Below, piece by piece: positions 43,091 through 47,226 of a stretch of DNA of 47,226 bases; positions within the stretch are counted from its first letter, which is position 1, and the number at the start of each line of letters is the position of its first letter. The stretch comes from Firmicutes bacterium UBA993 (GTDB lineage: Bacteria > Bacillota > Dethiobacteria > DTU022), in assembly GCA_002292015.1 (NCBI GenBank), contig DBBD01000122.1:1-47226 (forward strand). Direction: 5' to 3'. The position numbers were made by a program, and so were the translations under genes. The notes beneath the pieces were generated by a model. That model saw only the letters and a list, made by a program, of their open reading frames with translations. It searched no databases and was not told where the DNA came from.

Positions 43091-44323
43091 GTGAGCAAGC
43101 GAAACTACTTGGTAGGAATCGATGTTGGTACGGCTGAGGTTAGAGTTGGGCTTGGTGAGCCCCGTCCGGACGGCACTGTTAACATAATTGGTTTAGGCCT
43201 GAGCCCTTCCGAAGGTGTCCGCAAAGGGGTTATCGTCGATCTTGATAAAACAGTAGATGCGATTGCCACTGCGGTAGAAGAAGCAGAACGGATGGCCGGT
43301 TTGAAGATCGATTCGGCGTACGTTGGTCTGAAAGGTTTAAATATTGAGCTGATCAACAACCGCGGAGTTGTGGCAGTCAGCAGCGAAGACCGGGAGATCA
43401 GAGAAGAAGATATTGAAAGGGTAATGCAGGCGGCAAGAGTCGTAGCCCTGACTATGGATCGTGAAATAGTTGATGTGATTCCCCGGGAATTCATCGTCGA
43501 CGGGTTTGATGGAATCAGGGATCCGCTCGGGATGCTCGGAGTCAGATTGGAAGTTGATGCCCTGGTAGTGACCAGCCTGATTACATCTCTACACAATCTG
43601 TTGCGATGCGTGAATAAGGCGGGGATTAATATCAGGGGTTTGATTCTGCAGGCGCTGGCAAATTCGGAGATTTCTCTTTCGCCTGATGAAAAAGATCTAG
43701 GCGTGTTTCTGGTTGATATCGGAGCGGGAACGACTGAAGTATCCCTTTTTCAGCACGGAAAACTGCAGAAAATGGTAGTAGTGCCACTTGGCGGTGATCA
43801 CATCACAAGTGATCTGGCAGCCGGTTTGCGGATCAACCATTTTAAAGCGGAAGAATTAAAACGGTTACATGGTTCGGCATTACTCACTAATAGAGAAAGC
43901 GAACCGAAGATCGAGATTAAGACAGTTGGCAGCAATGAGCTCAGGCTGGTGTCGGAAAGGGAGCTCACTGGATTTATCGAGCCGAGGGTCCAGGAGATTT
44001 TACAAATCACCAGGGAAGAGATGGTTAAACTAGGCTGGCCTTATTTGCCGCCGGCCGGGGTTGTTTTGCGCGGCGGGGTTTCTGCGATGAAAGGGATCGT
44101 CGAAGTAGCCCGCCTGTATTTTGAGAGTAACCAGGTTCGGCTGGCCAACTTTGATGTGATCGGTGTTCAGAACCCTATTTACTCGACAGTGATTGGCCTT
44201 TTATACTACGCTCAGTGCAACCAACCCCGGATGTTCGGTGCCCAAAAAGGCAAAACGGCCAGGCGGCAGGGACCGGGCCTCTGGCAGCGGTTGAAAGACT
44301 GGATGACCGATCTGGTTGAATAA
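43091..44323 (+). CDS. ftsA: cell division protein FtsA
   Basis: 410 aa with a GTG start behind AAGGGGGG. The actin-fold motifs 'VGIDVGTAEV' and 'LVDIGAGTTEVS' are present, together with a basic/amphipathic C-terminal tail. Confidence 0.92.
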   Translation: MSKRNYLVGIDVGTAEVRVGLGEPRPDGTVNIIGLGLSPSEGVRKGVIVDLDKTVDAIATAVEEAERMAGLKIDSAYVGLKGLNIELINNRGVVAVSSEDREIREEDIERVMQAARVVALTMDREIVDVIPREFIVDGFDGIRDPLGMLGVRLEVDALVVTSLITSLHNLLRCVNKAGINIRGLILQALANSEISLSPDEKDLGVFLVDIGAGTTEVSLFQHGKLQKMVVVPLGGDHITSDLAAGLRINHFKAEELKRLHGSALLTNRESEPKIEIKTVGSNELRLVSERELTGFIEPRVQEILQITREEMVKLGWPYLPPAGVVLRGGVSAMKGIVEVARLYFESNQVRLANFDVIGVQNPIYSTVIGLLYYAQCNQPRMFGAQKGKTARRQGPGLWQRLKDWMTDLVE

Positions 44324-44352
44324 AAGCAGACCATTTTGGGGAGGTGCTTTAA

Positions 44353-45426
44353 ATGATCGAGTTTGATATTGAGATGGAACCGTTTGCTTCTATCAAGGTT
44401 GTTGGAATAGGTGGTGGTGGCAGCAATGCCGTCAATCGGATGATAGCGGCCGGATTAAAAGGAGTTGATTTTTGCGCCGTCAACACCGATGCCCAAGCTC
44501 TTTACCTGGCTAATGCCGCAAACAAAATCCAGATCGGCGAACAGCTGACTAAGGGGCTCGGTGCCGGAGCCAACCCGGAAATCGGGCGCAAGGCTGCTGA
44601 AGAAAGCCGGGATGCTATTGAGGCAATGATTAAAGGTGCCGATATGGTCTTTGTCACAGCTGGAATGGGTGGCGGCACCGGCACTGGGGCTGCCCCGGTG
44701 GTGGCTGAGATCGCCCGCAGGCTGGGTGCTCTTACCGTGGGAGTAGTGACCAAGCCTTTTTCTTTTGAAGGTAGCAAACGCAAGCAGCAAGCTGATGAAG
44801 GGATGGCTGTTCTGAAAGAGAAAGTTGATACATTGATTACTATCCCAAATGACCGGCTGCTGCAAATTGTTGAAAAGAAAACTCCATTACTTGAAGCTTT
44901 TCGAGTAGCCGACGATGTTTTGCGCCAGGGTGTGCAAGGGATTTCCGATCTGATTGCTGTTCCCGGCTTGATCAATCTCGATTTTGCCGATGTGCGGACG
45001 ATCATGGCAGAAACGGGGCCCGCCCTGATGGGGGTTGGTCAGGGCAGTGGTGAAAACCGTGCTGTCGAGGCAGCAAAGGCGGCGACTAGCAGCCCCCTGC
45101 TGGAAGTATCGATTGAGGGAGCTAAAGGGGTGCTGATTAATATCACCGGTGGATCTGATATCAGCCTTTATGAAGTTGAGGAGGCGGCAAATATCGTTTC
45201 CAGCTATGCTGACCCCGAAGCAAACATCATCTTCGGCTCAGTTATTGATGACAACTTTAAGGACCAGGTCAGGGTCACTGTTATTGCAACCGGCTTCCGG
45301 GCAGCCCAACAAAGTTTTCGGCCCAAATTGGCTGCCGTTGGCGGAGCTGCCGTTAATCGCGGTCAAAACCTTGATTCACCAACCTGGTCACGCTGGCAAC
45401 AGCAAGAAAGAATCGTTAACGAGTAA
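44353..45426 (+). CDS. ftsZ: cell division GTPase FtsZ
   Basis: 357 aa. It carries '[14 protein letters not shown]', the tubulin signature '[13 protein letters not shown]' and 'NLDFADV'. A GGGGAGGTG RBS precedes the start. Confidence 0.96.
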   Translation: MIEFDIEMEPFASIKVVGIGGGGSNAVNRMIAAGLKGVDFCAVNTDAQALYLANAANKIQIGEQLTKGLGAGANPEIGRKAAEESRDAIEAMIKGADMVFVTAGMGGGTGTGAAPVVAEIARRLGALTVGVVTKPFSFEGSKRKQQADEGMAVLKEKVDTLITIPNDRLLQIVEKKTPLLEAFRVADDVLRQGVQGISDLIAVPGLINLDFADVRTIMAETGPALMGVGQGSGENRAVEAAKAATSSPLLEVSIEGAKGVLINITGGSDISLYEVEEAANIVSSYADPEANIIFGSVIDDNFKDQVRVTVIATGFRAAQQSFRPKLAAVGGAAVNRGQNLDSPTWSRWQQQERIVNE

Positions 45427-45460
45427 GCATAAAGACTAACACACCACGGGTGGCGACAAC

Positions 45461-45523
45461 AGAGGGACTAAATCCCTTCTCATCCTAGCCCTCTCCCGAA
45501 AGGAGAGAGGATTTATAGGGTAG
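45461..45523. repeat. hairpin-rich intergenic repeat, copy B (first copy at 8049-8143)
   Basis: It runs AGAGGGACTAAATCCCT ... CCCTCTCCCGAAAGGAGAGAGG (a strong hairpin) ... GATTTATAGGGTAG. The ends match copy A and the interior is shorter. Confidence 0.6.
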
Positions 45524-45689
45524 TTCGATGACTCACTAATACTAGGCGGTTTTCTCTCAAAATGGGGAAGGCTGCCACTTTTTTTGTTGATAGCAAAATT
45601 TACTCTTTACGCATAAATTATAGTGATAATCACATGTGAACAGCTATATGCATCCTGTTTCAATACTGCTTGCAGGATTGCATAAAACC

Positions 45690-46151
45690 TTATATTTCAA
45701 GACCTGACCCCTCAGTTATTAGAATCTCGTACGACGCATGTGACTCAACCCACACTCCCTGCTTCCGATCCTTCCACGGCTTCATCTCCGGGTCAAAGTC
45801 ACAGAGCTCGATGTGGACTGTTTCACTGTCCTTCCACGTGGCCCCGACATACCTGAGCTCAAGAATGACAATGATTCCGGTCACTCCATCAACGGTAATG
45901 GGAGCATCAAGCTTGATGACTGCAGCGGGTTCTTGGTGCTGTCCCGGCGTGAACCGAACCAGAGTGCCGGTATACTCATTCTTGCCACAAAGCCATTGAG
46001 GGATCATATCGAATCCACCAAAGAGTTGGACACGATCCCCTGGCTTGAGTCTGCCACTTCCGCAGATCATTTCATCATTCCCCAAGTCTGCTCCCAGAGT
46101 ACCATTAGACTTTTCAAGCGTTGGTTCACGGGCATCAAAATTGTCATGCAC
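45690..46151 (-). CDS. hypothetical protein (about 153 aa, family not recognised)
   Basis: This is the longest frame in the region, and its composition is non-repetitive and globular-looking. The antisense + strand ORFs are Ser/Thr/Cys-rich. I propose GTG 46151 as the start; it overlaps the msrAB stop (GGTGCATGA). The tracked ORF extends to 46211 inside msrAB. Confidence 0.5.
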   Translation of the reverse strand: MHDNFDAREPTLEKSNGTLGADLGNDEMICGSGRLKPGDRVQLFGGFDMIPQWLCGKNEYTGTLVRFTPGQHQEPAAVIKLDAPITVDGVTGIIVILELRYVGATWKDSETVHIELCDFDPEMKPWKDRKQGVWVESHASYEILITEGSGLEI

Positions 46152-47145
46152 CTTTGAAAAATTTTTTAAAATCACCGTAGCCTTCAGCATCCATTTTTTC
46201 ATAAGGCACAAACCGCAACGCAGCGCTGTTTATGCAATATCGCACGCCGCTTGGGGATTCGGGATCATTTTGGAAAATATGTCCCAAATGAGAGTTGCCC
46301 GCCCGGCTTCGCACTTCGGTGCGCGTTAAAAAGTGTGAATTGTCCTCACGATATGAAAAAGCGTTTTCATCAATACCGGACGCGAAACTTGGCCAGCCAC
46401 AGCTGCTGTGGTACTTGTCATCGGATGTAAAAAGAGGTTCTCCCGATACTATATCCACATAGATACCACGCTCAGCATTATTCCAGTACTCGTTCCTAAA
46501 GGGGGGTTCGGTAGCGGAATGCCGGGTCACATCAAACTGCATAACTGTAAGCATATCTTTTACTGTTTCTTTTGCCGGACGTTTGTAATCGCCCGGATCA
46601 AACATCATGCGGCTTATCATATCGATCTTTTGCGGTGAAATATGGCAATATCCCGAAGGATTCTTCCCAAGATAGTTCTGATGGTATTCTTCGGCTTCAA
46701 AAAAGCACTTCAGCGGTGCAATCTCAACATTAAACTCGACACATCGCTCTTTTTCTACATCAGCGATGCGCTCTATGGTAAGTCTTGAAGGTTCATCTGA
46801 ATAATATATGCCCGTTTGATATTGTGTGCCGATGTCATTTCCCTGCCTGTTTTTTTGCGTAGAATCAATAACGCTGAAAAAAGCGAAGAGAATTGCATCA
46901 AGGCTGACCCTTTGCGGGTCGTATATGACCCTCACCGTTTCCCTGTGTCCGGTTCTTCCCGTGCATACGGATTCATAGCTGGGTTTTGTATCCGCTTCTC
47001 CATTGGCGTATCCGCTTGTCGCGCTTATAACGCCCGGGATCGATTTCATTAGCTTCTCTATCCCCCAGAAGCATCCTCCCGCAAGGTAAACCGTACCTAA
47101 TCCCGTTTCTTGTCCAGTGCCTTTTATATGGTTTTGAGCTTGCAT
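46144..47145 (-). CDS. msrAB: bifunctional peptide methionine sulfoxide reductase MsrA/MsrB
   Basis: 333 aa. The MsrA motifs are 'GGCFWGIEK' and 'EEYHQNYL'. The MsrB half carries 'GIYVDIVSGEPLF', 'CGWPSF' and 'RYCINSAAL'. Confidence 0.93.
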   Translation of the reverse strand: MQAQNHIKGTGQETGLGTVYLAGGCFWGIEKLMKSIPGVISATSGYANGEADTKPSYESVCTGRTGHRETVRVIYDPQRVSLDAILFAFFSVIDSTQKNRQGNDIGTQYQTGIYYSDEPSRLTIERIADVEKERCVEFNVEIAPLKCFFEAEEYHQNYLGKNPSGYCHISPQKIDMISRMMFDPGDYKRPAKETVKDMLTVMQFDVTRHSATEPPFRNEYWNNAERGIYVDIVSGEPLFTSDDKYHSSCGWPSFASGIDENAFSYREDNSHFLTRTEVRSRAGNSHLGHIFQNDPESPSGVRYCINSAALRFVPYEKMDAEGYGDFKKFFKGA

Positions 47146-47204
47146 GGCATCATTTCCCGTCTATACTATACTTCGAAATGCAAACGCATAATAATCTATC
47201 AACA

Positions 47205-47213
47205 ATTATAGCA
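47205..47213 (-). promoter_or_regulatory. candidate extended -10 promoter element for msrAB
   Basis: The minus strand reads TGCTATAAT (TGnTATAAT) about 60 nt upstream of the msrAB ATG. Any -35 region is cut off or poorly defined near the window end. Confidence 0.35.
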
Positions 47214-47226
47214 TATTTAACCGACG

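Noticed and set aside
45670-46157. Plus-strand ORFs of 109 and 114 aa (45670-45999 and 45813-46157).
   Set aside because: They are antisense to the longer and more protein-like 153-aa minus-strand ORF. They are Ser/Thr/Cys-rich and have no RBS.
1-47226. A search of the whole window for CRISPR arrays, transposases, integrases, phage genes, toxin-antitoxin pairs or defence-system genes.
   Set aside because: I found none. Every large ORF except those at 8133-8993 and 45690-46151 has a confident housekeeping assignment, and there are no regularly spaced direct-repeat arrays.

Overview
This is a chromosomal, mostly core-genome window of about 50% GC. Gene content and synteny point to a Firmicutes/Clostridia-type anaerobe: secD-secF-recJ-relA-dtd-hisS-aspS as in Bacillus and Clostridia, a Gram-positive style dcw cluster, and strong GGAGG ribosome-binding sites. 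That attribution is inference only. Nearly all genes are on the + strand and tightly packed. In order they are: a metallophosphoesterase; a NuoE-like/NuoF-like/FdhA formate dehydrogenase module whose FdhA lacks its C-terminal domain; a GH1 beta-glucosidase wedged between fdhA and fdhD; a minus-strand P-loop/Asp23-like fusion protein; a mixed aromatic/histidine biosynthesis array (aroA, hisD-hisB-hisA-hisI-hisJ, ogt, aroC, aroB); an HD-domain protein; secD, secF, recJ, relA and dtd; a single ORF encoding HisRS and AspRS in one frame; two tandem mgtE paralogues behind a long structured leader; the dcw cluster (mraZ-rsmH-ftsL-PBP-murF-mraY-murD-ftsW-murG-murB-ftsQ-ftsA-ftsZ); then a synteny break with an orphan ORF and a minus-strand msrAB. 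I saw no rRNA, tRNA, CRISPR array, transposase or integrase. I found no clear novel multi-gene system such as a defence island. The observations most worth a second look are the in-frame HisRS-AspRS fusion, the truncated fdhA with the interposed bglA, the unclassified mgtE leader RNA, the HprK-like P-loop/Asp23 fusion protein, a hairpin-rich intergenic repeat present twice, and the region after ftsZ.
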